This document shows, piece after piece, positions 11,615-25,600 of a stretch of 64,000 nucleotides of DNA (the stretch's first letter is position 1; every line of letters begins with the position of its first letter). This stretch comes from Phoronis australis (taxonomy: Eukaryota; Animalia; Phoronida): assembly GCA_002633005.1 (NCBI GenBank), contig NMRA01000381.1:183057-247056 (forward strand), in the 5' to 3' direction. The translations under genes and the position numbers were made by a program. The notes under the pieces are model-generated. The model searched no databases. It saw only the letters and a list, made by a program, of their open reading frames with translations, and was not told the origin of the DNA.

Positions 11615-14600
11615 ATGTGGATCTTTGTGACTGCGGCTGCTTTTTTGGCCTCTATACTACTCTTTAGAAGTGACCCTTTACCAGTAAAAGGAGTGTACAA
11701 ACAAAAAGGAAGTCGATATTATCTCAAGTATTTGGCATTTTGGGTCATGTTCAAGATGAGAAAATGGCAGAGCAAGAGAAAAACTATTGTGGATGAGTCT
11801 AAACACTGTGCTGGGTATGGGATGAAGTCAAAGAACAGTGCTGAAGAGATGGACAAAGCTCAACTGCTTCCTGGCAAACACCCTAAGGTGGGATCTGAAT
11901 TTTAATGAATAGACGTTGTAATGTTTTAAAAGATTAGGTGAACTCTAGATTAATATTATTTATTTTTTCTGTTTATATAGAATGCATGAGCTATTTGTTT
12001 TTAGTTGAAGTAATGTGTTGGTATATTTTATCAATTTTGAAAAATTGCAGAAATTAAAGTTAGGTAAAACTTTCAAACAAATTATGAAATCTGTGCTCAC
12101 TTGCAATCATTACTTGGTGTTGGTCAAGGTTCATCCGATATGCCATTATGTTATATTTTAAGAAATTCAGTGTATTTTATTCAAGAATATATTTTCAGGC
12201 AGTGGATGCTGTTTATTTTTGTGGCGGGAGTAAAGATGGTGTTTATCTTGTCGCTGCCACTGCAAGACGGCACAATAATGTGGTGCAAACACTTCTTTTC
12301 TTGAGAGTAAGTAGAATTCAGGGAGTAGACGTGGAATGTTGGATAAGTTTGGTTGCCTGAAGTATTTTATGCTAATGTTGTTTTTTTCATTACCCAATTA
12401 TCATTGTTTGTTGCAGGCTTTCCCATTTTGTGATTCTGTTTAAATTTGACATTTGAAACTTTCCTTGTTGTATACATTTAACTAGACTAAGTGAACCATT
12501 AAGTAAATGTGCCAAAGTGAACCATTAAGTAAATGTGCCAAAGTGAACCATTAAGTAAATGTGCCAAAGTGAACCATTAAATAAATGTGCCAAAGATATT
12601 GCTTTTAATTTTTTAGGCTTTTGTTTTCTTTTGAGTGGCATTTATGAAACCGATTTCTATGTAATTTCTGACAGTAGTTGTTTATCATTTAACATGTCTT
12701 TACTCTTGATACATGCTACCTATTTTGTAAACTTTAGTGTTTGATTTAGGTCTTTGCGAGGACCATAAAAATGTGGCCTTTTTGGAGTGTATTGTACACA
12801 AAATGAAGAAAACACCACTGACAACCTCTTTTTGCTCAAAAGTTTCATTTTTAAGGAAAGAAAATATTGGTTTATTGATGTAAATCTCGCAGCCTTTTTA
12901 CAAAATCTTTTAAGGACAGTCTTAAAGACATATAAAATATCTTTGTATAAGCTCTCAATAGACACCTTGCAGATTTCCAAATGTAGCAGAAAAGTGGAAC
13001 AAAGTCTCCATCTTGTTGCACAGCCCTGCACGCACAGAACCATCGTGAGGTCTTACACACGTCAGGCTCATTCAGGCTGTGAAGTGCCTGGTTATCACCG
13101 TGACGCCAAGAGGAACGGGTCACAAATCCACCTTTACTTCTTATCTTACAAACAGTTTATTTTGAAATTTTATCATCATGAGATAGCGTTCGTAATTTTA
13201 GACTGAGAAAAATCTCTGGAATAAAGGTTAACATGTCATATCAAAGTTGTTATGCATTCAAGTAAAAAAATATTGTTCACTCTTAAAACTTTCATTAATG
13301 TTCACTGTTATGTTGTGCAATTTATAGTTATTTATGATAGGTACCAAACATTGGATTATTGGAGTTGGAGTCCATTCCAAATACATACCTGAAAGGAACG
13401 CAAGATGATTGTTTCTGTGCAGGAGGCTTGAAGCTAGAACCAGTTGAACCTATGAACAAGTGGAAGCTAACATTTGATGGGGAAATGAGGTAAAAAATGG
13501 AGACATTGTCCAAAAAATGCTAAACTTGTTTCTTTAAGATTTGAAGTGGAAAAGTTTTATCGCGTGGAAAATGGTTTCCGTCTTTTTTTTAGATTGAGCG
13601 ATATTTTTGGTGAGAGAAGTCATTTTGTCAGTTGTATACTCCTGGCCCACTTACTTGTAGTTTTAGATTGACACCACTCAATGTGCAGGGTAGTTAGGGG
13701 TCCATTAGATTGTCACAAGTAGTCTGAGGCTCTCAACACATTTGTTTTGTGCTAAGCCTTTAAATTTGAGCTGGAGTTTTTGTTCCTATGGCTGTCAAAG
13801 GCTTTACAAGCAGTGATGTTTCTATGTGTCTGAACAAAAACAGTAACGTTATATAAATCGTTTAGCGACATTTCTTGATGGATTTGTTAATCATTTGTTG
13901 TCAAATTTCATTCGTTCATTTCACACAAATTGATTGATGATCTGAACTGGAATAATTTAAACCATAATAAGAACCCTATTGTAGATGTACAATGCACTAT
14001 GATGTACATTAACGTTATCACAGATAAAACACATGAAAACAATTAAGGCCAAAAAATAGCATAATTTCTTTATTAGTTCTGGTCTATGCTAGATTCACTG
14101 CTCGCATCACTTTTAGTGAAGTTCTTTTTTATTCAAAAGCTAAAAAATTTGATTGTTATGTCGTTTTTTAACAATATGGCTCAGTGACAATCACCTCTTT
14201 GTGGCATTTATTCATTAAGAATGGGTTTCTATAAGAAAGTGGGCAGGCATGCTTTTGGCTCATAGTACAGCCAGTTGTGTCTCTGGCCCACTTCAGCATC
14301 AGCTGACTTCTTTAAAATATACGACTAAACAGTCAGGGATCTAATGTTTTACTTGAGATCAAACTCAAATTATTTTTGGCATTTTCTATTCAGAATCTAC
14401 TGAAAAAAAATCAAAATAAGTGTCTATTATTTTGTGTTTTAGTACATAATGGCATACGTGGATGACTGTTTATACCTAGCTTACAGTTAATGACCCCATC
14501 GTTAAAGCTAAAAGTTCCAGTTTGAACTGAGTTTTTACTAGAATTTTTTGCGCGAATCTGGGAATCGTCAAATGCGAACCTGGTCTAGAAACTCATTTGC

Positions 14601-17600
14601 ATTAACTATAATGTACTTGAGCACAGAAAAATAGACTGTTATCTTCAGTTTGCTCCTTAGTAGAATGAAATATGCCAAAAATAATTTTGAGTTAAATTTT
14701 GAGTTGAAAGATTAGATCACAGCCCTAGAACAAGTTATCAGTGCTATGTTTGGCTAATGACTAAGTGCCTAAGTGAGCAAACAAAAGGCCAATGACTAAA
14801 CTGTCCTTGAAAAATGGCCTTGAATGGGACAGCTCATACCAAATAGCATATAATTACTGATTGAACAGATAATAAATTTCAGGCAAGGTAGCTAGTAAAT
14901 TAACAAATTCATCTACAATCTGTCATGAGTCAGCAAGATATAAAAATGAACTTGCATCAAAATTCTCCCTCTTACACTACAGCACAAATTCAGCGTAGAA
15001 ATCATTAGAACACTATGGCCCTGCTGTCGAGGTGTGCCACACTGGTAAAACTCAAAATGCAGGTCACATGCAAACCGTTGGTATACAAATGGACAGCTCA
15101 TACCTGTAGTTGGAGAATTTGAATGCACAGTAAATATAGGTGGCACTCTAAACCAACACTAGAACAACATAAACGAGAAGCAATCTGCTATCAGGTTATA
15201 GCTGAGTTATGTATTTTCTTCAGCTTAACCACTAAGTTGAAAATTAAATTTACAATAAGCCATAAGAATTGTTTTCGCAAAAGGAATATGAATTTGTTGA
15301 TTGTTCGGTTCACTTCGTTTCAATTTTCCAGATTAAAGGCAAATGGGAAGATTGTTGCTGTGAAGTTTAACGTTGACTGGAATGCTATAACATCACATTT
15401 TGACTTTGATACAGACATGAATTGTGCTGCACTGTGTGAAGCCATGGCTAGAGAAACATGGACAAGGCCGTTCTTTGAGGCTTTACAGTCGTAAGTCCAT
15501 GTAATTTTCAGATTTTGATTTGCTAGCTATTTTTTGTTAAATTTTTAATGCAACAACTCTGATGATTTACCTGACTTGTGGCTTTTTTATGTGTGTTCTT
15601 GTTTTCAGTGGAATGCTTAGGTTCAAGCACATGTGTGTTTGCTTGGAGTAACGTCTGCATTTACATGAAGAATGGCATGATTTCTTTTACAATGTGACAG
15701 GTTGACACATTGTACTGGAGCTGTCATTGACACATGACTGTTGGAACATGATATATCACAATCATGCAGTTTAGACATTCTCAGAAAATTGTCTTGTAAA
15801 TTATGAGCAAAGACGTTTGTTGCATATGATTTAATTAAATAAACTTAAAAAACATATGTTTTCTCTTCAACTTTTTACCATTTCTATCAAGGGTGAGTCT
15901 CAAGTTTGTGAAAATTCAAAAAGCAAGTATCTGTTTATTATCACAAGCCCTCATTTTTAATGCAATGTCCAACATAATTTTCCTCATTATTTCAGTGCTC
16001 ATCAAACTCATTATGAACAGTTTGGTGAAATGAGTGGCTGTATTGAGGTGGAAGGGTATGACAAACAGGAAATAAAGTGTGAGGGTGTGAGAGATCACTC
16101 TTATGGTAAGAGGTAGCATCCAATTCATTTTACACTTCACTGCTGAATGAGGTTCCAAATAGTGTGAACATGTTTATTGTTATATAAATGCTTGTACAAG
16201 CTTGTGGGCGATTGTTGAATTTTATTCAGGCACAGGGTGTCACACTAGAGGAACAGGACGGTCCGGGATAGAAATCTCCTTTGTCTTGGAGGTAGGAAAA
16301 CGCATTGTTACATTGGTCTCATTTTAGAAATGTTGAGCTGATTCTCAGAATCATGTAAGAAAATACCACATCCACGCATACTTCTCAAGTTTATCCAACT
16401 TTCTGCCATCTGAGTTGCAGCCCACAGCACAACAGCAAAACTTTGCTAGCGTTTGACAGTGGAATATACTTAATGCGGAAAAAAAAACTTAAAAAAGAGA
16501 AACTCCAATGGAATGAAAATGATCTAGAAAACTGGTTGATTAATGTTGCAGCTTTGTAACTAAATATGGTGAGATTCAAGTGTTGCTGTGTAGTCCAGGA
16601 CTGTCTTATTGTGAAGTATGCGAGAATGAGGCGAGCAGGTTTAACATTTTGATCTTGGCTCTAGATTATCCTTAACGAATCAGGCCATATGTTCAACTTT
16701 TGTACAGTTTTCCATAACTGTTGATTTGATGATGTGTAACTTTACACATTAAGTAGTGCCTTAATTAACATAAATTATCACCCAGATTAAAATTCACTTT
16801 TTATTATAGTGAGAGGGTGACAAGTAAGTGAGGTAGCTTGTAGTTGAAAAGATGCCAAACTTCACCATTTTGCAACTTTTATATGTGATCTCGATGGTGG
16901 CTAGTTATGAGATTTGTAAATTAGTGCACATGCCTGTTGTGGCGATACTTCATCTTCTTAGTAAACACACACTAAAGCTATTTAGCAGTTTGCTAATTCT
17001 TGTACGTCCAATGACAGCAATTATATGGTTGGACAGATTATACAGTTATTCTCCATATTGACTGCTCATACCATTGTATAGATTGGTGCTATGGTAACAC
17101 AAATTTACGTACGTTTATAACATTTTTTTGTGATGAAATCCAGTTTTCATCGTGAATCAATCCTACCACAGTACCGCCAACACATCACCAAACTTGAAAG
17201 TATTTTAAGCATTTTGTGTCATCATTCTGACTCCACATTTCTTTTTAAATAACCATAAAATACGAACCACCAGCTGAATACAAACCTGCACCAAACCATT
17301 AAGGTTTCCTCCATCACACTGTTTTATAAAAGGTGTGTAAAAGGCTAAAATGTTCACTGACTTTCAATGCACGTCATTTGCATGGAATTTTAATGCATGC
17401 ACTGCAAGTATGCTGACACGCAGCTTGCGATGAGAGTTTATTTGAGTTGGCCGAACCTAACTTGTGCATTCAAAAATGACCCATGTACGCATTGCCTGTG
17501 ACTTGAGTTGCTTTGTCATTCGACACTAATTCAGGATTGGATTAGTGTGGGTAATATTTTTAAATCCAAAAGAGCTTTGATTCACAATTCAACAGGTAAA

Positions 17601-20600
17601 GGTAAACAACTTCAAAAGCCCTTTAAACTAATCTAAGCTTGTGCTAAAGTGCATGGTATATGCATGTCCACCATGGCAACGTCTATGGTAATACTAATTT
17701 GCCTGACATTGGCTCCCCGTACATACTTGTACTAATGTGGTTGTCATCATGTGAATTTCTCAGGTAATATTCGGGATTGGAAGGACATTCATCGCTATGG
17801 TATACAGTACATTTGCCTTGAAGACAGAACGTGCATATGCCTGGGGCTCATTTGTTTCCCTAAAACAATGTCCAGGTATTTTAAATGTTCCATTATTGAT
17901 ACCTTCCTTCTTTAACAAGGTGTTTATTTTTACATTTAGTCTTTCACAATGGTTGTCAAACAGCTAACTTAACCCTATCAATCAAACTGTATCTCACAAC
18001 AATCTGTCTGCTTCTTATTCAATTCTTAATGTTTTTGTGTTTTATCTACTTTACTGTAATGGCAGGGCATCCATCGTCTCGTTTGAGTAACTCTCTGCAC
18101 TGATACATGTATAGTCTTAGTGTGCGTTGCCGTTCTGAATAGTAATTGGCATGTCAGTGGCTTTTGAATGATTGTGACTGTGTCCATTTATGTAATTGCT
18201 GTGAATTTGAGGCGGGATTTTGAACGTCATTCCTGCCATGTGGTTTGAGACATCAGCAAGTTTTATGCTTCTGCTCCAACTAAGGCTATGTTACTGTCTT
18301 TGATGTTGCAAATGCCATGTGTGTATATTTATTGTAACATAAAGCAGTAACTGTAGAAACCCAATAAAACTCAACGTGCCTGTTTTGCGAGCAAGACGAG
18401 CATCTTGCAAGATGTGGCAAGGACTTCATCTACCCTTTTTTAAAGTTTGGTTCACAGAGCATTGTCTGAATGAGACTGACGCCTCTTGATTTTTACTCAT
18501 TTGAATTACTGTTTTGTCTCTGGTGCTCTGCTTAATACATCTTCAATGTTTTGTTAATGATTGTCTTTGTCTTCAATCATCTTTATTTCAATTGATTTTC
18601 ATTCTTATATCACATCCTGCAGGATATACCAGATCTTCACTAACTTTCAGTGTTATCTTAGATTCAGTTTCCCTTGTTTTATTCATATTTGGCTTTTCCA
18701 TGCATTTATGGGAAAGTTCTTGACCAAGTGGGAACTGATGCATCATGAGAGTTATTAAATGCAGAGCAACTGTCTTCCAAAGAAAGTTTATTGTACCATC
18801 TTGGTGATGGATAGCTGACTTAGAAGGGGGTCTGCTGTTTGAATATGTCTTTGTGGCTGTAGCTGTTGTTATGGTATTACTGGTACATGATACAGGTGTT
18901 GCTTTCTTTGCAGACTGTTAATTGGGTATGTCTTTCACCCCAATGGTCAACTAGATACAGTGTCATGGACTGACTTTGAACTGTATAACTTTGGAGAGGA
19001 CGGTATTCCTCCGCAGCACTTTCAATGCAAGTTCAAGGCTGGTAAGTCTGCATGTAGTTTACTACTTTCTGTTTAAGAAAAGGTGAAAGAATCTTAAAAG
19101 GGTTACTACTGGTACTTCAAGACTTTTCCAAGCATGTATTGATATCAAAGAGTTTGACAATGGCTCGTGTCTTGTGGTTAAATGCAATGGAGATAGTGAT
19201 CATATGCTGCTGACATAGCGTGCATTGTTCCAATATTATGGTGTAGATTTGGGTGTAAATTTGGGACGGGAGTCACCATTCTTGCTTGATATAAGTATCA
19301 GTCTCATAATAATTTACATGGGGCACATTGCTTGAAAGCCCTGAACATCTAGTTCTTGGTGTAAATATAGGTCGAATTTTTTCATTTTAGTTGGTATAAA
19401 TTTTCCTCCAGCTTTGGAAGCTCAGCTACACCCCCCACCCCCCTCAACCTAAAAATATGGGCCCGTATAGTTGAATGTATCAGTTTACAACGTACTATTT
19501 TAATTTTATCTGTGTGCTGCTACTGTAGGCTGTGTGCACTACTTTACAAGGGAATTTGGTGTACAACTTTCTGACCTGTGTCTGGTCATCATTCTGCAAA
19601 CCAAAGTTCCAGTCAGTGTAAGAGTTTCGGCTTCTCAACTTTTTATCTTTTATTTTAGCTTTCAAATTTTTCATTACTCGACTTTGGGTTAATAATTTAT
19701 GCGATTTGGGAGAAGTTCCTAAGTGAGGGTACAATGACGATGGAAGCTAATGATGTGTTGTAAGTTTGTAGATTTGTGTTTTATATTAAGCGCATAATAA
19801 ACTCAATATATGTCTTCTTCTTTCTTGTTTATCTCTCTATAAGTTGTCACCATGGTTCTCTCGTATGCGATTCGAACGAGTGAAAAAGTACACAATGCTG
19901 CAAATATTTTTATCGGTTACGAACAGTCGACATTTTAGATACTAAGTAGATCGGTGCTGGTCGCTCCACCAATTCCCGTGACGGATAGCATACAGAGTGA
20001 TTATTATGTTAGTATACACTATCACTTAGTGGAGAATTACCTTACGTTACATGTAAATGTTGTGATTCCTTTTTTTGTTTTTTAGGTTCCACTATTTACC
20101 ATATGTTGTGTAGCGCGTTGGATTCCCCACATTTTTTCATTGGTGAGCCAGACTGTGCCAGGATTCATGAAAGAATGTGTTCTTTTCTGGTTAATGGCCA
20201 GAGGGGGTGGGGAATCAGTGAATGGAATTATAGGTAAGTTGTCAGTCTGTTGATGGAGTGTTGCTCTTAGCAAGATGAAATAACCTATTAATTGTAAATA
20301 CTGCATCATAAGTAAACAGCCAAGTCTTAATATTGTATAAAATGGACTGTCGCACACGAACTTGTTGTCTTTGGAATTGGAAAAATGATGAATATGGCCC
20401 AACTGAGTATCACATTGTCAAAATGCCACTTCGTCGTCAACTGAATATCACACTGCCAAAATGCCATTACGTCGGCAACTTTGTACCAGTACGATAAAAT
20501 CTCTCCAGTTTAAGACACAACATGGCGGACAAGTGAAATGTCTTTCATCATTTTTTCCATGCAACATGATTATACAATACCAAATTGAATCCTTTTCCAT

Positions 20601-22659
20601 ATCTAATACCATTGCTACCATCAGACATAGTTTTGAAAAATGTGAGCATTCACAAATAACAGAACTCTCAACGTTGAAATGAGCCCACGAATGCACCGCA
20701 AACGGTGTGCTTCTGGGGGTGTTTATTTGTATTATAAAAATGACCACTAGATGGTGCAAAATATGTTGAATTCATCCAAAAACGGGAACATGATATTGTT
20801 TTTATATTAGAAGGTTATTTACCAAATTTTATAAAATCCTTTAAGGAACTTCAGAAAAACAAAGGAAACGGTAAAAAATGAAATTGCTATTAAGGGGCAC
20901 AGTGTTCGTCAGATTCGTGTGAAAGTTGTCGTCCATTGTCAACTTCATCTAAACACACTTGCTATATTTGATAAAGATCCTGCAGTGAGCTTAGGCGATA
21001 CAGCTGTGGTTGCAAAAAAAACTGCCAGTAGGAGGCACTACAGTAGTCAACGGTGTCAGAAAATCATCATCAACCAACCTCTAAACACTAAGAACATAAT
21101 TATATGCCAATTTTACCAATCATCCTTAGAGTGGTTTGGTTGATAGAGAGGTGAATGCCAAAACGGACTAGAAAACGGTAAAAATGGCCACTAGATGGTG
21201 CAAAATACCATGACCATGAATCCATCCGAAAATGAAGGATAGTGTCATCTCACTGATGCCTATGTGCCAAATTTTATGAAAATCCTTTGAGGACGTTTGA
21301 AGATACAGAATTAAATGTAAAAAAACTAAAATTGCCACTAGGGGGCACACCAGTAGTCGGATCCGTCTGAAATTTGTCGTCATTGTCAGCTTCATAGGAA
21401 CACACCTGCCAAATCTCATCAAAATCCTATGAGGGATTTNTTGCTATATTTGATAAAGATCCTGCAGTGAGCTTAGGCGATACAGCTGTGGTTGCAAAAA
21501 AAAACTGCCACTAGGAGGCACTACAGTAGTCAACGGTGTCAGAAAATCATCATCAACCAACCTCTAAACACTAAGAACATAATTATATGCCAATTTTACC
21601 AATCATCCTTAGAGTGGTTTGGTTGATAGAGAGGTGGATGCCAAAACGGACTAGAAAATGGTAAAAATGGCCACTAGATGGTGCAAAATACCATGACCAT
21701 GAATCCATCCGAAAATGAAGGATAGTGTCATCTCACTGATGCCTATGTGCCAAATTTTATGAAAATCCTTTGAGGACGTTTGAAGATACAGAATTAAATG
21801 TAAAAAAACTAAAATTGCCACTAGGGGGCACACCAGTAGTCGGATCCGTCTGAAATTTGTCGTCATTGTCAGCTTCATAGGAACACACCTGCCAAATCTC
21901 ATCAAAATCCTATGAGGGATTTAGGAGATACTGCTGCGGATGACAGACACCTGGACTCCGGACTCCCAGAGAGAGATAACGCCAATATGCAACCACCTAT
22001 AAATATGCGGGTGCATAAAAACTCAAAAAATATTTTGGCAATTATTTTTGTCTGAATTTGGTCAGATTATACTGCTCTAAGTGTCTTTGTTCACGTTGTG
22101 TTACCCTATATGACCTCAACAAGCAAATGTTTAGTCTAAATTATGACATTCGTCCCACTAAAGAAATTCAGTTTCTTTGCCACAGTGCAGTCCTAGTTAT
22201 TTTGAAAACTAATGGTTGAATGCATTTTACTTGTGTTTTGTGATGTATTGGTGAACAATAAGCCTAGGGCATTTTTGTCCTTGAATATTTATGTACACAT
22301 GGATTATTCTACTAATATAAAAAAATAATTGCAGGCAGTCTGGTACACGTTGTACCAGACGTGTGCAGGCTTCGCATGTGGACCCATTGCACTGATCACC
22401 TGGAAATATTTTTATGCTTTATTAAGAATATATTGTTAAAACCGAGCTGAAGAGCTAGAAACCTGGCTCAAGGGTTTAGCAGTGTGACCTGGTGGGACTT
22501 GAACCCACGACCTCGAGTAACGAAAGTGGGCACTTATCAACTAGGCAACACTGCCTCCTCATGATTCTACTAAGTCATGACTGGTTATTTTGCAATTCTC
22601 TATTTTGTGTTTGCAGGAATGACAAATTTTACTCCGAAGTTATCCCTAAAGAGAAATAA
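11615..22659 (+). CDS. Uncharacterised 409-aa membrane-anchored protein with HYEQ.G and RDHSYG-x2-RDW motifs (resembles the invertebrate CG3706/PTHR34717-type family; predicted CrtC/AttH-like beta-barrel)
   Basis: Exons 11615-11887, 12199-12306, 13341-13489, 15332-15490, 15996-16105, 17764-17875, 18914-19041, 20086-20233, 22617-22659; all GT-AG, phases join into a 1230-nt ORF. It has a hydrophobic N-terminus (MWIFVTAAAFLASILLF) and the motifs AVDAVYF, EPVEPMNKW, FDFDTDM, HQTHYEQFG, RDHSYGNIRDW and VNGQRGWGISEWNYR. The family label is from memory, not from a search. Confidence 0.88.
12489..12592. repeat. Tandem repeat, 26 bp x4
   Basis: AAGTGAACCATTAAGTAAATGTGCCA repeated four times with one substitution. 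Confidence 0.95.
14334..14725. mobile_element. MITE with ~120-bp inverted arms (related sequence at ~39660-39850)
   Basis: CTCAAATTATTTTTGGCAT pairs with ATGCCAAAAATAATTTTGAG, and GATCTAAT with ATTAGATC. The core AAAAGTTCC...GTTTGAACT...CTAGAAACT recurs at 39727-39820. Confidence 0.7.
20700..22020 (+). mobile_element. Helentron-associated (HINE/DINE-like) element with internal ~450-480-bp tandem units
   Basis: Tandem units bear CCACTAGATGGTGC and GCCACTAGGGGGCAC. The element ends with GACAGAC, a 3' hairpin (ATGCAACC...GGGTGCAT) and AAAA. One unit is duplicated across a single N at 21440. Confidence 0.6.
22316..22563 (-). mobile_element. tRNA-derived SINE, copy 1
   Basis: B box GGTTCAAGTCC on the minus strand; close match to the copy at 40786-41027; 10-bp TSD ATTCTACTAA at 22306-22315 and 22564-22573. 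Confidence 0.88.
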
Positions 22660-25600
22660 GTGGCATATTTATTGACTGTGTAAGTTCATCAGATAAGCAT
22701 TGGTCACAAATTTTGTTAATCATTATGTAACCAGGGCTGGGTTGTGTAAAACCACAAAACTTATCTGCTGGATATGTTCGATTGTTGCTTGATGTTAAGT
22801 ACATAGATCAACGATGGCAACACGATGTGTAATGTCCCAACATTATTGCTGCTGCCCAGCATTTAACTTTTGATATCCCTGGAGTTTGTGTCAAGAGTTA
22901 CACTTTCACAAGTCGTATGAGCCTCTGAGACATTTATGTGTTGTTTTGTAATGTAGGAGGAGCCCCTTCATTCCTTTTAACTATGTATGATGTTTATGTT
23001 CACGTCACGTCTACTTTAAATGGCGGCATTCTGTATAATGTTAATAAGCATTTTTCAGTGTTTCGATAATCTTGTAACTTGATTGCTTGATTATTGTAGA
23101 TGTGAATTTGATGCTGTGTTCCAGCATCGTGAGGTGTTCCAGCCAACTTTTTCGATATCAATAGATGTGTTTTTGATTTTCTCTTCAAAATTCAGTTCTG
23201 GTCAGTCATCAGTGTAATCCGGAAGCTGGCAAGAGTTTAGCCTCCATATGTTTTGAGACCATTGAAATTGCCTTAAGATTCATTTAATCAATATGACTGA
23301 GTCTTACTCATGCTCTATAAAATGGATCAATCTGTCTCGTGAGTAACTCGGTGGTTGTAAATGTTTAGTTGAGCTCAATATAATTTCAATTGAGTTCACT
23401 CTTCTTTCAAAGGTCATAGTTTATGAGTTTGAACACGGCATCAGAAATCACGAAGTTGCAGAGTTAAAGAACGAGCTGCCATTTCAGTAATTTGGTTCAG
23501 CAAATAATGCCCGGAAGGTCCCCTCAAGCTACACAAGCTCGTTTTGCTGGCTTCAAGTACTGGGGTGTATTAGGAAAAGGTTCAACAATTTCGTACTTCT
23601 AATGGGTGCACGTGTTTTGTGTAAATACTCCACAACAATGTGTTCAAACTTGAACTTTTCATTTCTTTGGACCTTACTAGACTTGGTTGAACTGCTGTTT
23701 GAGATCATTTTTGTGTTGATTTGGAACACTTTACATTAAAGTTGTAATTAGTTGAATGGTGTTTCACTCCATATAATTTAATAAATCACAATAAGTTGTG
23801 GTATTGTTTTCAGTTCATTTGTTTCTGAACATTTCCCGTTGTTCATGCATGGTGCTGTTTCAAGGTCTCCCTGAGGCTCCTCGAGATATCACAACTTATC
23901 CCGACAAAGTGGCCCCCATACACGAGTTCAAATCTCAGTCATTCTAAAATAGTGCTCCACCAGGAGTGAAGTCAGAAATTGGAATCTTTAGGCTGTCATT
24001 TGTACTGTAGCACATGTACAAGTTTATGAGGTTTAATTGCTCAGAACACTGCATGCAAGCTAAGGTGATTATAAAGACCTTGTGTTATGTCTCCACAAGT
24101 TATACACTAGGCTACCATACTCTAGGGTGCTTAAGTTGGGAAATTCAAAAATGGGAGTGGGCCTTAGCTGCCAAGCATAGTTACTCAAAAAACAATTGAG
24201 AAGACTGGGACTGGCATTTGTTCTGACAGTTAATGCCTTCACTGTCTTTGCACACAATTAAAATATTAGAATCCGCACAAGCCAAAAGAACTATTTCACA
24301 TCTCCGTTAACATGGGTATTCTAGCACTTGCACATGGCAAGGTGCTACTGAAAATGAATATTTTTTATCCTAAGGTTTGCAAGTTGTATTCATTTTGTGA
24401 CCTAAAATTTTTGAGAGATGTTCACAAAGAAACTGGTACTTCTAAGAGTCTTGATTGTATAAATTGGGATGGGTGCCAACCTGAGTATGGGCGTTTAAAA
24501 ATCAAACTTTGGAAATTTTGGGGGTATCGGTTCAAACCAGAGTGTTAACCTGGATGAATACATTATATTGAATTACTTTCACATCAATTTTTTTAGAAGA
24601 GTCACGGGAGTCTCACATTTTTGAACCGGTTTTCTCCACTGAACAACGGGTATCTAACTGGTTCTCAAAATGCAGGACCCTTATATTTATGTGACTAAGA
24701 ACTCAATGAAACCAGTTATGGTGAACATGTAAAGAGAGCAGTTACACAGAAATTAATGAAAGAAAAAGTTCAATATTGTGATGTAAAAATTTTTATTTGT
24801 TAACCAAGTCCCCAAGACATTTACTTCAATGTATCCAATACAACATAGGGATTAAGATGACAATCACAAAAATAATTTAGATGAATGAATGTTCGATGGG
24901 AGACACAATGTTTGTAAAATGAAAACATTCAAAAATCACTGATAAATACAGCTCTGAAGGGGGTTAGTAGGAATATGCCGCCAACTTGGGTGGGCATTTT
25001 ATCCTCTTTCATATTGCATTGGGTGATTACTTGAATTTTCTTGATGACCCGACTGAAAGAAGTAGTGTCTCACATCAGGTATTCCGTCATTTGTTATTTT
25101 ATCAAGTGCAGTGCTAATTTTCAGAGAAACCCCGAAATCTCTACGTGGCAGACACCCCCGCCTGGAAATAAAAGATATTGCATTTCCAGCATTATTAAGG
25201 TTTTCAGACATACACATTTGCCCATTGTTTCAACAGAATCAAACAAAAAATCGCTTATGGTGTAACCCTTAATCCTTTGTCTTTCAAAAAGACACCTTCA
25301 AATTAAATATGAATACTACTGATTTAATCACAAATTTTGTCTTTGACATTAGACTACTTGCAAATCCACAGCACCTTACAACTAAAACGGACGTTAAGTA
25401 CTCTTTTATTCTATTCACATTATGTTTTCATAATACCCAGTGACATTAAAACAAACTGAAATCTTGAAAAACTTTTTTTAGTAATTTACATCATTTTATT
25501 TATGTGGGCAAAATCACAATTATAAAATTAAAACTGACATGAAGCAATAACTTAACCTAACATATACATAATAATCACCTGCTTGTGTTATCCGTTATCC

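Noticed and set aside
12489-12592. Regular short repeats (also 26440-26885 and 37780-37863) as CRISPR-like arrays
   Set aside because: Head-to-tail units without unique spacers, in eukaryotic introns, with no cas genes.
22480-22560. Functional tRNA genes at the A/B-box sequences (also 5760-5825, 35430-35500, 40945-41025)
   Set aside because: No complete cloverleaf; each is embedded in a repeat with TSDs, LTR ends or inverted arms.
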